64,000 nucleotides of DNA from positions 1,009,189 to 1,073,188 of the forward strand of contig JBJMOW010000004.1 of assembly GCA_045803545.1 (NCBI GenBank). Reading direction: 5' to 3'. The position numbers and the translations under genes were made by a program. The notes beneath the pieces were generated by a model. That model searched no databases and had not been told where the DNA came from. It saw only the letters and a program-made list of their open reading frames with translations. This stretch comes from Gemmatimonadaceae bacterium (lineage in GTDB: Bacteria; Gemmatimonadota; Gemmatimonadetes; Gemmatimonadales; Gemmatimonadaceae). Below are positions 33,932 to 43,264 of the stretch, piece after piece. Within the stretch, counting starts at the first letter, position 1, and every line of letters starts with the position of its first letter.

Positions 33932-35248
33932 CTACTGTCCGATTGCCGCGTATGATGCGTCGAGCAAATCGACGGGGTGAATCGAGCGTGCGTTGATTTC
34001 CGCGCGTATCAAACCGGCGCCGATCTGCATCAAACAACCTGGATTTCCGGTTGCCACCCACGGCGCGCGCGTGGCGCGGATGTTATCCAGCTTGGGCACC
34101 AGCACTGCGTCCGATGTCGCCGGTTCGATCAGATTGTAGATGCCGGCGCTGCCACAGCACTGGTCGGAATCGTGGAGCGGCACCAGCTCGAGACCGGGTA
34201 TCGAAGCGAGCATCGACAAAGGCGCTTGCGTCACCCGCTGGGCGTGCTGGAGGTGACACGGCGCATCGTATGTTACCCGAAGTGGCAGTGGACCGCCCGG
34301 ACGCGGGCCTGCGTCGGCAAGCAATTCACTCACATCGCGCACGCGTTCGGCAACCGCAACCGCTCGCTCGTACCACTCAACGTCGTCGTGCAACAGGTGA
34401 CCGTATTCTTTCATGATCGCCCCACATCCGGCTGCATTGGAGACCACGTACTTCGCACCCGACTTTTCGAACGCAGCGATGTTCTTCTTCGCCAGAGCGC
34501 GCGCGCCCTCGAGATCACCAGCGTGAGCGTGCAAGGCGCCGCAGCATTGCTGGCCGCGCGCGGGAACGGACGCGTATCCGTTCACCGTCAGCACTCGCTC
34601 GGTCGCACGATTGGTGGAACTGAATAAACCATCCATCACGCAGCCGCGCAGCAGCGCGACTGTTCCATTCTCACCGCGAGTGACCGGATTGTAGGACGAT
34701 CGTTCGATGGACCGACCGGTCGACGCGAGCATCGCCATCGCAAATCCGAGCCGGCCTTTGATTCCGGACAGCAAAGTCGGAATTGGAGTAGCAGCGAGCA
34801 GTCGGGAGAAAAACATCGCCGGTCTCAACAGCCATTCTCTGCCAAACACGAACAGAATGAGTCGCGCGATAAACGGCGTAGATTGATACTGGTTCAGTGT
34901 GGCGCGCGTTGCCTCGAGAAGTTGTCCGTAGGGCACGCCGCTCGGACACACCGGCTCGCACGCCCGACAACCAAGGCACTGATCGATATGCAGCTTGACC
35001 TCGGCATCAGTCGGGGCGACGGTGCCCTCCAACATTGAGCGCATCAGAAAAATTCTGCCCCGAGGACTGTCGTTTTCGTCTTCGAGATTCAGATACGTCG
35101 GACAAGCCTGCAGGCAGAAACCGCAATGCACACATGCATTAATGCCCGGCAGCGCCGCGGCGAGCGGAGTTCCGGGTAGCGCACAGCCAGGCATCGTATC
35201 GGGCGGCAACGGATCGCGAGGTGGAGGAACGACTGGTAGCGCGGTCAA
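33932..35248 (-). CDS. glcF: Glycolate oxidase iron-sulfur subunit
   Basis: Two ferredoxin-type clusters (CVHCGFCLQACP and CLGCRACEPVCP) plus two CCG domains. The start is set at TTG 35248, which overlaps the glcE TGA (TTGA). Confidence 0.85.
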   Translation of the reverse strand: MTALPVVPPPRDPLPPDTMPGCALPGTPLAAALPGINACVHCGFCLQACPTYLNLEDENDSPRGRIFLMRSMLEGTVAPTDAEVKLHIDQCLGCRACEPVCPSGVPYGQLLEATRATLNQYQSTPFIARLILFVFGREWLLRPAMFFSRLLAATPIPTLLSGIKGRLGFAMAMLASTGRSIERSSYNPVTRGENGTVALLRGCVMDGLFSSTNRATERVLTVNGYASVPARGQQCCGALHAHAGDLEGARALAKKNIAAFEKSGAKYVVSNAAGCGAIMKEYGHLLHDDVEWYERAVAVAERVRDVSELLADAGPRPGGPLPLRVTYDAPCHLQHAQRVTQAPLSMLASIPGLELVPLHDSDQCCGSAGIYNLIEPATSDAVLVPKLDNIRATRAPWVATGNPGCLMQIGAGLIRAEINARSIHPVDLLDASYAAIGQ

Positions 35249-36375
35249 TTCAGATCGCCAAGGATGCCAGGATTCAAAATGTTGTGCGGGTCGTACGCCC
35301 TTTTGATGCCCTGCGACAATGGGTCCGCGACGACACTGCGCGACATCGCGGGCCACAGCTCGGCGGGCAGCTTCTCGAACGCGAGCTCGCTCGATTCGGT
35401 GCGTTCGATTCCGCTGGCTATCTCCTGCGACGAATCGCCGCCATCAATTGCACCAGCAACGACGCGAATCACGCCCCGTCTCGGGTCGATCGACGTGTAG
35501 ACACCGCTGACATCATCGCTGAGAATCTGCGCAGCGCTGGCAACGATTCGCTGAGGCAAGCTCGAGATTCGCAGCGATGTGTGCGATCCAGCTTCGAGCC
35601 CCCGCAAGGACAGCCAGTTGCTCGAGTCGATTTCCTGAGTGCTGGCTATCTGCGTCAGTCCAGCGGCCTGTGCTTTCACGGCGGCTGAATTGCCGCCAAA
35701 GCGGATCAAGCCAATCGCATCCTGGCCCAACTCGAGCGCGCGAGCGACCGAAGCGCTGACAAGCAGGAACGCAAAAGGACTCAATGGTGCGGCAACCAGC
35801 GCGCGCAGGAACGCGGTCGTTTGCTTCTCGGATCCTCCGAGGTGAACGACGAACGTGCGATCCACTTCGGGTAGCGCGTAGAGTCGGAGTGTGACCTCGG
35901 TGATGACACCGAGTGACCCCCAGGATCCGGTCAACAATCTGGAGAGATCGAAACCGGCGACGTTTTTCACAACCTTGCCGCCGGCCCGCACTACTTCTCC
36001 GCGACCATTGACGAACTCCAGTCCGAGCACGAGATCCCGCGGCAGTCCGAAGTTCGACGACAGGGGACCGGCCGACGCGGTGGCGATGGTCGCGCCAATG
36101 GTGCCGTCAGGCGAGCCGTACGCGTCGAGGGGGAGCCACTGCTTTTTTTCGCGGGTAGTTGCCTCGATGTCCGAAAGACGGGTGCCGGAGCGGACTGTGA
36201 TGGTAAGATCAGCGGGCACGTACGCGGTGACACCCGCCTCATCACGAAGCGCCAGGGTATGCTGTGCGCGAACGGGACGTCCGGCGTCGAGCCAGCTGCC
36301 ACCGCCCGCGATTCTCAGCGGGGTCCTGCTGGCAAAACTCTCCCTCACTGAGCCCGCGATCGATTCAGTGCTCAC
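35245..36375 (-). CDS. glcE: Glycolate oxidase FAD-binding subunit
   Basis: RIAGGGSWLDAG and VKNVAGFDLSRLLTGSWGSLGVITEVTLRL. The start is set at GTG 36375, which overlaps the glcD TGA (GTGA). Confidence 0.8.
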   Translation of the reverse strand: MSTESIAGSVRESFASRTPLRIAGGGSWLDAGRPVRAQHTLALRDEAGVTAYVPADLTITVRSGTRLSDIEATTREKKQWLPLDAYGSPDGTIGATIATASAGPLSSNFGLPRDLVLGLEFVNGRGEVVRAGGKVVKNVAGFDLSRLLTGSWGSLGVITEVTLRLYALPEVDRTFVVHLGGSEKQTTAFLRALVAAPLSPFAFLLVSASVARALELGQDAIGLIRFGGNSAAVKAQAAGLTQIASTQEIDSSNWLSLRGLEAGSHTSLRISSLPQRIVASAAQILSDDVSGVYTSIDPRRGVIRVVAGAIDGGDSSQEIASGIERTESSELAFEKLPAELWPAMSRSVVADPLSQGIKRAYDPHNILNPGILGDLN

Positions 36376-37886
36376 GCGACTGGACGCGAGGGCTCGGCCT
36401 CGAGTGGTGGTGATGGTGTTTCGGCGCGACGCACTGCAGGCAGGCCTTGCCACTCTCGACACGAATGGACAGGTACGACCTTTCCGGGATTCGAACGGCG
36501 CTCGGGGTCGAATACCGATCGCAACTCGCACATCGCGTTGAGCGATGTCTCGGGAAAGATCGATTCCATGTACCCCAACTTGTCGAGCCCGACGCCGTGT
36601 TCACCGGTGATGCTTCCGCCGGCATCGATGCACGCCTGCATGATCTCGCGCATCGCCTTATGCACTCGCTCGCTCTCAGCGGGATCGTCGGCGCTGTAGG
36701 CGATGTTGGGATGCAGATTTCCGTCGCCGGCGTGGAAGACATTGCAGACAAGAACGCGATACTTCTCGCTGATGCGGTGAATCGTCTCGAGAATCTCCGG
36801 CAGTTTGGTGCGCGGAATCACGGCATCCTGCACGATGAGATGCGGAGCGAGACGGCCCATCGCGCCGAATGCTTTCTTGCGTCCCTGCCATAGCTTCATG
36901 CGCTCGGCGTCATCCCGCGCGACGCGTACGTTCCGCGCGCCGCCGCTGGCGCAAATGCGACGAACGGTCTCGAGGTCCGCGATCACCCCGGCTTCGAGCC
37001 CATCGAGCTCGATCAGGAGAATCGCTTCGGCGTCGCGTGGATAACCGGCGGCGTAGATCGAATCTTCAACGACGCGGATGGTGGGACCATCCATGAACTC
37101 GAGTGCGGCGGGAACGACCCCCGATGCGATCACCGCCGACGTAACCTGGGCCGCCTCGTTGACCGACATGAAATCGGCGAGGATGGTGCGAACGGTCTGC
37201 GGCTTGGGCGTGAGCTTGACGGTCACATCCAGCGCGAGACCGAAGCATCCTTCCGATCCAATGAACGAGCCGCGCAAATCGTAGCCGTCTTTCTCGCCAA
37301 CCTTGCTGCCCAGCTCGACGATCTCTCCGCTCGGCAAAACGACCGTCAGCGCGAGGACGTGATTGAGGGTGACGCCGTACTTGAGGCAGTGCGGGCCACC
37401 GGCGTTCTCGGCGACGTTCCCGCCGATCGTGCAAGCTGATTCACTCGACGGGTCGGGTGCGTAGAGCAGTCCCTGCGCTGCGACGTGACGATTGAGCTTG
37501 AGGTTGACGACACCGGGTTCCACGAGTGCGCGTCGATTCTCGACGTCGACGGAGATGATTTTCTTCAGGCGGTGCAGTCCAACGACGACGATATCGTCTG
37601 CCAGTGCACCGCCGGATAAACCGGTGCCTGCGCCGCGGGGAACGAACGGCACTTTTCCCGCCGCGAGCAAACGCACGACTGCGATCGCTTCGTCGCGTGT
37701 GCCAGGAAAAACTGCCAGTTTCGGCTGTCGCCGGTAGCCCGGCAATCCATCGGAGTTGTACACGAGCAGCTCGCTCGGCCGACTCAGGACGTGCCGTGAT
37801 CCAACGATCTCGGCGAGATCTGCCGCGAGATCGGAAGGCGACAGGGATTCAACAGGTGACTCCGCGCGATTGGCGGGCTGGGTCAT
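36372..37886 (-). CDS. glcD: Glycolate oxidase subunit GlcD (FAD-linked oxidase)
   Basis: 504 aa. It shows PRGAGTGLSGGA, the C-terminal FAD-oxidase domain and GITGEHGVG. Confidence 0.9.
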   Translation of the reverse strand: MTQPANRAESPVESLSPSDLAADLAEIVGSRHVLSRPSELLVYNSDGLPGYRRQPKLAVFPGTRDEAIAVVRLLAAGKVPFVPRGAGTGLSGGALADDIVVVGLHRLKKIISVDVENRRALVEPGVVNLKLNRHVAAQGLLYAPDPSSESACTIGGNVAENAGGPHCLKYGVTLNHVLALTVVLPSGEIVELGSKVGEKDGYDLRGSFIGSEGCFGLALDVTVKLTPKPQTVRTILADFMSVNEAAQVTSAVIASGVVPAALEFMDGPTIRVVEDSIYAAGYPRDAEAILLIELDGLEAGVIADLETVRRICASGGARNVRVARDDAERMKLWQGRKKAFGAMGRLAPHLIVQDAVIPRTKLPEILETIHRISEKYRVLVCNVFHAGDGNLHPNIAYSADDPAESERVHKAMREIMQACIDAGGSITGEHGVGLDKLGYMESIFPETSLNAMCELRSVFDPERRSNPGKVVPVHSCREWQGLPAVRRAETPSPPLEAEPSRPVA

Positions 37887-37899
37887 CCGTTGAATTTAG

Positions 37900-38874
37900 C
37901 TATTCGTCCTCCTCCGGCGACGCAACCACCAGCCGCAGCGCGTCTCGATCGATACGGTATTCGAGAGGTGTCTTCATGCGCTTAAGCTCTCCGTCCAGCC
38001 CGACCGTCGTTTGTGGCCGGTTCAAATCGATCTGGCATTTGTCGACCAGAAAATTCTCGAACTCCGGTAGCTTCGCCGCCTCCTTCGTTCCGCGGGCAAG
38101 CGCAGCCATTCCCAGCGTGAACAGCCTGGCCTTCTTGCGGCCGCGAATAATCATCACGTGCAAGCCGCGTCTGCCATTTGCGACTCGATTTCCGAAGGTG
38201 GGCATTTTGAGCTCGCGCTCGCCAACGCCAATGAATACGAGAGATGTGCGAAACGTTCTCGCTTTGCCTTCAACCTCGAATGTGACGCTGAATGTGCGGA
38301 GGTCTTTGAGCGTCATCACACCGGCGAAAACGCTGGCAATCGTATATCCAAACCGCTTCTCGAGCCTTTCTCGATCGCGAACGAACGTCACATAGGCGCC
38401 AATGGAGCTGGTGTTGAGGAAAACACAGTCGTTGACGTAGCCAATGTCGGCTCCGACGACTTCGCCGGCACCGGCGGCGATTGCTGCCTTACCGAGGTCG
38501 GTCGGAATGTTGTGATCCTTGGCGAAGTGATTGAGGGTTCCGCCCGGCAGGATGGCGAGTTGAGTTTCACTCCTGGCGACCAGCGACGCCGCGGTAGCGA
38601 TGGTTCCGTCACCCCCGGCAACCAGGATGCGTTCGATGCCGCCGGCGATCGCTGTCTTGAGCTTTGATTCCATGTCGCCGGGCTCGACGACCTCTAAATC
38701 GTAGCCGACTGTCTCCAGCGCCTCACGCGCCTTATCCGCGTTGCCGCACTTGGCGTTGAGGAAAGCCTTTAGAGCGCGAGGCGGGCGGCGAGAGGCGGGA
38801 GGCGGTGTAGTGGATAGAGACACGAGAGATGCTCCATACAAGAAAGACGCCGACCCAATTTGAGTCGGCGTCAT
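37900..38874 (-). CDS. Diacylglycerol-kinase-family lipid kinase (YegS/BmrU-like)
   Basis: Carries the ILVAGGDGTI motif and LAILPGGTLNHFA. The start is uncertain because the first roughly 35 codons cover one arm of a heptamer inverted repeat. Confidence 0.8.
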   Translation of the reverse strand: MTPTQIGSASFLYGASLVSLSTTPPPASRRPPRALKAFLNAKCGNADKAREALETVGYDLEVVEPGDMESKLKTAIAGGIERILVAGGDGTIATAASLVARSETQLAILPGGTLNHFAKDHNIPTDLGKAAIAAGAGEVVGADIGYVNDCVFLNTSSIGAYVTFVRDRERLEKRFGYTIASVFAGVMTLKDLRTFSVTFEVEGKARTFRTSLVFIGVGERELKMPTFGNRVANGRRGLHVMIIRGRKKARLFTLGMAALARGTKEAAKLPEFENFLVDKCQIDLNRPQTTVGLDGELKRMKTPLEYRIDRDALRLVVASPEEDE

Positions 38875-38919
38875 CTTACTGCTGTTTCGCTTTGCGCCTC
38901 TCGCCTCCCGCCTCCCTCC
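38774..38919. repeat. Inverted heptamer-family arms bracketing the start of the lipid-kinase gene
   Basis: gcgcGAGGCGGGCGGCGAGAGGCGGGAGGCGgtg (38774-38807) faces gCGCCTCTCGCCTCCCGCCTCCctcc (38894-38919). Confidence 0.7.
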
Positions 38920-38926
38920 TACCGCT

Positions 38927-39892
38927 CTAACTCCAGAATCCCGCGAGGGCCGAGCCGTCCGGTGATTCGCGCAATTTCTCGAAAGCGCGCTCGCGGATCT
39001 GTCTGATTCGCTCGCGCGTGACCCCCATCAGTGCGCCGATCTTCTCGAGCGTCATGGCGTCTGAGCCCTGTTCCAGGCCGTAGTACAAGTGAAGGATCTT
39101 CCTTTCGCGTGGCGTCAGGTACTTCCTGAAGACGCGGTCGATGAACTCGCGCATCAAGTGGAAGTCGGTGACATCCTCGATCTCGCCACCATCCACACCG
39201 GCGAACCGTTCACCGAGCGTGCACGCCTCGCGATCCGAGCGATCGATCGGCGCGTCGAGCGAGATCTCGGTCGCCGACATCTGCTTGGCGCTGCGGACAG
39301 CGTCCGGAGTCTCCTCCAGCAGTCGGCCGATTTCGTTGTCAGTTGGATCGCGCTTGAGAACCTGGGAGAGAACTGTCTGGGCGCGGGCGAGTCTGATTAG
39401 CTGGGAATTCTGGTTGAGCGGGATCCTCACGCTCCGGGTCTGCTCTGCCAATGCCTTCAGGACGGCTTGCCGCACCCACCACACTGCGTAACTGATGAAT
39501 TTGACGCCCTGATCCGGATCGAACTTTCTTACCGCTTTGAGCAACCCTTCGTTACCGATCGCTACGAGCTCACCGAGGTCGAGTCCGTGGCCCTGATACT
39601 TCTTCACATACGAGATAACGAATCGAAGGTTGGCGGTGACCAGCCGCTCTGCTGCTTTCTCGTCTCCCGCTTGCGCGCGTCGCGCAAGTCGACGCTCTTC
39701 TTCAGCGTCGGTAATAAGTGGGAGCTTCTGGATGTCCTGGAGGTACTGGTCGAAAGCGGTGGAGGGGGAAGAACGGAAGAAACCTTTGGATCTACTTTCG
39801 CCCGTAGTCTGCATAAGCCCCTTGGTAGAGACACTATGGACGGGCGTACCTGGGTGGCGCGCCCGGCTTTCGGTGGACGCGCACATTAACAA
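38927..39892 (-). CDS. RpoD/SigA-family sigma-70 factor (regions 1.2-4, short form)
   Basis: Shows LVTANLRFVISYVKKY, ISYAVWWVRQAV and the region 4.2 HTH TLEKIGALMGVTRERIRQIRERAFEKLR. An alternative start is ATG 39814. Confidence 0.9.
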   Translation of the reverse strand: MLMCASTESRARHPGTPVHSVSTKGLMQTTGESRSKGFFRSSPSTAFDQYLQDIQKLPLITDAEEERRLARRAQAGDEKAAERLVTANLRFVISYVKKYQGHGLDLGELVAIGNEGLLKAVRKFDPDQGVKFISYAVWWVRQAVLKALAEQTRSVRIPLNQNSQLIRLARAQTVLSQVLKRDPTDNEIGRLLEETPDAVRSAKQMSATEISLDAPIDRSDREACTLGERFAGVDGGEIEDVTDFHLMREFIDRVFRKYLTPRERKILHLYYGLEQGSDAMTLEKIGALMGVTRERIRQIRERAFEKLRESPDGSALAGFWS

Positions 39893-39983
39893 TCGGAATG
39901 CTCAGCAGTCAACAGCCATGTTTCATGCCACAAACATGACAGCTATTTTTTGGGGTTTCTTCGGGGGAAACCCTCAAACCACA

Positions 39984-40169
39984 TCAGGCTGGAGGTGCCG
40001 GCGGATCCTTGGTCTTCGTTCTGGTGGTTGCAGTGACGATCGCAATTCCGATCAGGATGATCGCGCCAACGATCACCCAGGTCTGGGAAACGCCGAGCAG
40101 AACCGCCGCGATCGCCAAGCCGATGATGAGGACGATAAATCCGATCAGATAGGTGCTGAACGAGGACAT
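39984..40169 (-). CDS. Small two-TM membrane protein
   Basis: 61 aa with two clear hydrophobic helices and a basic, Pro-rich tail. No Shine-Dalgarno is evident. Confidence 0.45.
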   Translation of the reverse strand: MSSFSTYLIGFIVLIIGLAIAAVLLGVSQTWVIVGAIILIGIAIVTATTRTKTKDPPAPPA

Positions 40170-40225
40170 GGTTGTCTCGGGTTCGAGTCAGCGGGTGGGG
40201 TCGCAATCAGTGTACCAAGGCTCGA

Positions 40226-40399
40226 CTGCGGGATGCGAGCTAACTGATCGGTCCGAACTGCGAGCTGATTACGAGATGCGAGCTAACTGCGAGATGAGGG
40301 CGATGCGAGCTGACTGGAGGGCTAGCCCTCAACTCGTAACTAGCTCGCATCTCGCATCTGATCGCAGCCCGCAACAATCAGTTGGCTCGCACCCCGCAG
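40226..40399. repeat. REP/MITE-like element, copy 1, bounded by CTGCGGG...CCCGCAG
   Basis: Four forward TGCGAGCT(A/G)A units sit opposite inverted AGCTCGCA/GGCTCGCA units, with dyad symmetry around 40320. The right end CAACAATCAGTTGGCTCGCACCCCGCAG is nearly identical to 60566-60592. Confidence 0.65.
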
Positions 40400-40401
40400 C
40401 C

Positions 40402-41211
40402 TTACCGCTTGGCGATGCCGTCCCAGCGAGTCGGAACGAGAGTGTCGTTCGGCACGGTCTCGACTTCACGCGCGACCAGGATCGCGCTCCCCCAATGACG
40501 GCCGAAGCGGGCGGCTTCTCTGCAGTCCGGATTCCAGATGTCGAGCGTAGCGCCGAGCACATTGCCGCCGGTGTCGTCGACCAGGTAACGACCGAGGTAC
40601 TCGTCGCCGAGGAAGACTTCGACGTAACGCGCGAGCGGGAAAATGCGCGGGTCGGCGGCGACGATGCCGTGACGGGTCTGCCGTCCGCGGCGAGTTTCAC
40701 CCTGTACGCAGTACTGGGTGAGCGACACGGGAATGGTGATTCCGTCCTGGGCCCGTGCGAATTTCGAAGGAATCAGCGGCAGGATTCCCTTCTTCATCTT
40801 GATCGCTTCGTGCGCGGTGGCCCGCACGACATTGCGCGGAATCGACTCGACGCCTCTCGCGATCGGCTTAGTGACTGCAGCGGTCGCGCGTGCAACTTTC
40901 ACGGTCGCCGACGGGACTGCCTTGGCGAGAGTCGCCACGGCGCGCATCGGGGCGGTGAGCATGCCCGCTTCGCTGTGCACGCCTTCGATGTCCGCCAGGA
41001 TCTGCGGCTCGAGAGGCGGCAAGGAGGCCGGAGTAATCTCGCTGGCGGCTTCTACCGGCGAGAGCGACGGCAAGGCGATGGCGCCGGTTGCCACCAGGGC
41101 GACCGCGAGGGTGACTGCCGAGATGGTGCGAGCGATGTCCGCGCGCGACCGCGCCGGGCTACCAGAGGCCGGCACTTCATAGGTACCGCGAGAGACATTG
41201 CTGTTTTTCAT
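40402..41211 (-). CDS. 3D-domain (MltA/RlpA-like double-psi beta-barrel) cell-wall protein
   Basis: The C-terminal segment RHGIVAADPRIFPLARYVEVFLGDEYLGRYLVDDTGGNVLGATLDIW matches the 3D domain pattern. An N-terminal membrane anchor is present. Confidence 0.75.
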   Translation of the reverse strand: MKNSNVSRGTYEVPASGSPARSRADIARTISAVTLAVALVATGAIALPSLSPVEAASEITPASLPPLEPQILADIEGVHSEAGMLTAPMRAVATLAKAVPSATVKVARATAAVTKPIARGVESIPRNVVRATAHEAIKMKKGILPLIPSKFARAQDGITIPVSLTQYCVQGETRRGRQTRHGIVAADPRIFPLARYVEVFLGDEYLGRYLVDDTGGNVLGATLDIWNPDCREAARFGRHWGSAILVAREVETVPNDTLVPTRWDGIAKR

Positions 41212-42326
41212 GCAAGCACCTCCCGTAGCTGATCGTTACTTACCGAAACCGTCCACCCTGATTCCTCTCCCGCCATGCTGCCGACGCGTCTAGGTAAGGC
41301 AAACCTTGTCTTACCGCCCCGCGCTTTCTTATCCGACCCCATCGCGGCGATAACCGCATCCGACTCACAGGAGTCGGGCAAAGTCGTCGGGAGGCTGAAG
41401 GCCCGGAGCGCGCCAACAATGGCATCCGCGGTCCCCGGTTCGGCGACTCCCAGCCTTTCGGCGAGTCGCGCCTCCAACGCCATCCCTACCGCGATCGCTT
41501 CTCCGTGAAGGAGAGTGTAGCCACTAACGAGCTCGATCGCGTGGCCGATGGTATGGCCAAAATTCAGAGTTTTTCGAAGGCCTTCCTCCCGTTCATCACG
41601 TGAGACAACTGCGGCCTTGATCTCAATACTATGGACGATGGCGGCGAGCATGCTGTCACTCGTCGGACCGTCCTTCGCCAGCAGCTTTTTGGCGCCGCCG
41701 ACGACCGTACGAAGATAAGCCTCGTCGGCGATTACGCCATGCTTGATAACCTCTGCAAATCCCGCACGCATCTCGTTAAGTGGAAGCGTGGCAAGGACTT
41801 GCGGGTCCACAATTATTGCGGCTGGGTGGTGAAAAACGCCGACCAGGTTCTTGCCAGCGGGGGTGTCGACAGCCGTTTTCCCCCCGATCGCTGAATCCAC
41901 CATCGCCATCAGGCTGGTGGGGACCTGAACGATGGGTATACCGCGCATAAAAGTGGCTGCGAGGAACCCAGCGAGGTCGCCCACGACGCCTCCGCCAAGT
42001 GCGATGACGGCGGAATCGCGGCCGAATCCGCGGACCAGCAATTGGTCGGTCAGGCTGCCCCAGGTATCCCGGGTCTTGTTCGACTCGCCGGGGGCGATCG
42101 TCAGTACGTCGACTTTGTCCCGGTTGAACGCTTTTTTGACCTGGGAGGCGTAGATGGGGCCGACGTTCGCGTCGGTGACGATCGCGTAGCGATGGGCCGG
42201 CGCGACCTCCTTTGCGATTGCCGCAACGTGGGAGATCAAACCGGGCGCGACCCTGATCGACGACGCACCGAGCGCGATCCGCTGATGGGCGGGTAGCGCG
42301 GGCGTAGGAGGTGTTTTGGCTACCAG
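41208..42326 (-). CDS. aroB: 3-dehydroquinate synthase (possible CTG start)
   Basis: Core motif GGGVVGDLAGFLAATFMRGIPIVQVPTSLMAMVDSAIGGKT. The first canonical start (TTG 42239) removes the conserved N-terminal strands (QRIALGASSIRVAPGL). The frame is open up to a TGA, with CTG at 42326. Confidence 0.8.
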   Translation of the reverse strand: MVAKTPPTPALPAHQRIALGASSIRVAPGLISHVAAIAKEVAPAHRYAIVTDANVGPIYASQVKKAFNRDKVDVLTIAPGESNKTRDTWGSLTDQLLVRGFGRDSAVIALGGGVVGDLAGFLAATFMRGIPIVQVPTSLMAMVDSAIGGKTAVDTPAGKNLVGVFHHPAAIIVDPQVLATLPLNEMRAGFAEVIKHGVIADEAYLRTVVGGAKKLLAKDGPTSDSMLAAIVHSIEIKAAVVSRDEREEGLRKTLNFGHTIGHAIELVSGYTLLHGEAIAVGMALEARLAERLGVAEPGTADAIVGALRAFSLPTTLPDSCESDAVIAAMGSDKKARGGKTRFALPRRVGSMAGEESGWTVSVSNDQLREVLA

Positions 42327-42874
42327 GTTACTTCACCCGCGCCGCTGAGTACGTTGGCGAGCCGCGCCAGAGTGAAGAGCAGATCGGATAGCCGATTCAG
42401 ATAGACGACGACGATTTGTGGTATCTCCACCTCGCGCTGCAGCCCGACCACCTTGCGCTCGGCGCGGCGGCAAACCGTTCGCGCGACGTGAAGCATCGCG
42501 CCCTTCTTGCTGCCGCCGGGAATGATGAAAGCCTTGAGCGGCTCGAGGTCGCGGTCCGAGTCGTCTATCGCCTGTTCCAGCTCCCCGATGCGGCGGTCAT
42601 CGATGTTTGCCTTGGCGAGGTGCTTGTGCATTTTGTCGAGATCCGGCGTCGCCAGCAGCGCTCCGATGCTGAAGAGATCGCGCTGCATAGGAACAAGGAT
42701 CTCATCGATGCGGGGCAGCGATTCGATGGCGCGGGCCATTCCGATTACGGCGTTGAGCTCGTCTACATCTCCATACGCTTCGACCCGGGGATCATCCTTC
42801 GGAACTCGGCCGCCGCCGAAGAGGCCGGTATCGCCGGCATCGCCCGTTTTTGTGTAGATCTTCATCGCGACCAA
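42320..42874 (-). CDS. PduO-type ATP:cob(I)alamin adenosyltransferase
   Basis: MKIYTKTGDAGDTGLFGG is the N-terminal signature. The likely true start is ATG 42865. Confidence 0.9.
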   Translation of the reverse strand: MVAMKIYTKTGDAGDTGLFGGGRVPKDDPRVEAYGDVDELNAVIGMARAIESLPRIDEILVPMQRDLFSIGALLATPDLDKMHKHLAKANIDDRRIGELEQAIDDSDRDLEPLKAFIIPGGSKKGAMLHVARTVCRRAERKVVGLQREVEIPQIVVVYLNRLSDLLFTLARLANVLSGAGEVTW

Positions 42875-42916
42875 ATCTATGCTGTTCGGTGCGCTCGCAT
42901 TGACGCACTATTCGGC

Positions 42917-43177
42917 ATGTCGCGTACAGATAATGGCGCCCCGGACGACGAGGACCTGGATACTGAATTTCCGCTCGGTGACGGCACGGCTGAGACAACG
43001 GCCAGCGTCCACTGTCCCTATTGCAACGAGGTCGTGGAGATCGCGATCGATCCCGGCGGCGGGCCATCGCAACAGTACGTTGAGGACTGCGAGGTATGTT
43101 GCCAACCGTGGACGGTCAACCTCCACTACAGCGGAGATGGATCGGCGCAGGTGAGTTTGACCCCACTCGATCAATAG
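42917..43177 (+). CDS. CPXCG-motif cysteine-rich small protein
   Basis: 86 aa carrying VHCPYCN...EDCEVCCQPW. Only the 3' part of ORF 42416..43177 is plausible, because the rest is antisense to the adenosyltransferase gene. Confidence 0.7.
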   Translation: MSRTDNGAPDDEDLDTEFPLGDGTAETTASVHCPYCNEVVEIAIDPGGGPSQQYVEDCEVCCQPWTVNLHYSGDGSAQVSLTPLDQ

Positions 43178-43264
43178 CTTCACCGCTCGTTCTGAATGCG
43201 GAGAAACGAAAGGTTTCACCGCCAGGTTCGCGCATCTGCCTACTATATATTTCGGGTCAGAGAG

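Noticed and set aside
39948-39976. GGGTTTC-ttcgggg-GAAACCC hairpin next to a T run, as a terminator of the small membrane protein gene
   Set aside because: The T run precedes the stem on the plus strand and becomes an A run after the stem on the minus strand. Neither orientation gives a stem followed by U-tract for the gene that ends there.
43238-43262. CTACTATATATTTCGGGTCAG upstream of the ferredoxin-NADP reductase gene, as a fourth copy of the imuA/imuB/dnaE2 motif
   Set aside because: Only the TATATAT-TTCGGGT half matches; the upstream TTCGG half-site is absent. It may share the promoter-like part only, so I did not count it as a full site.
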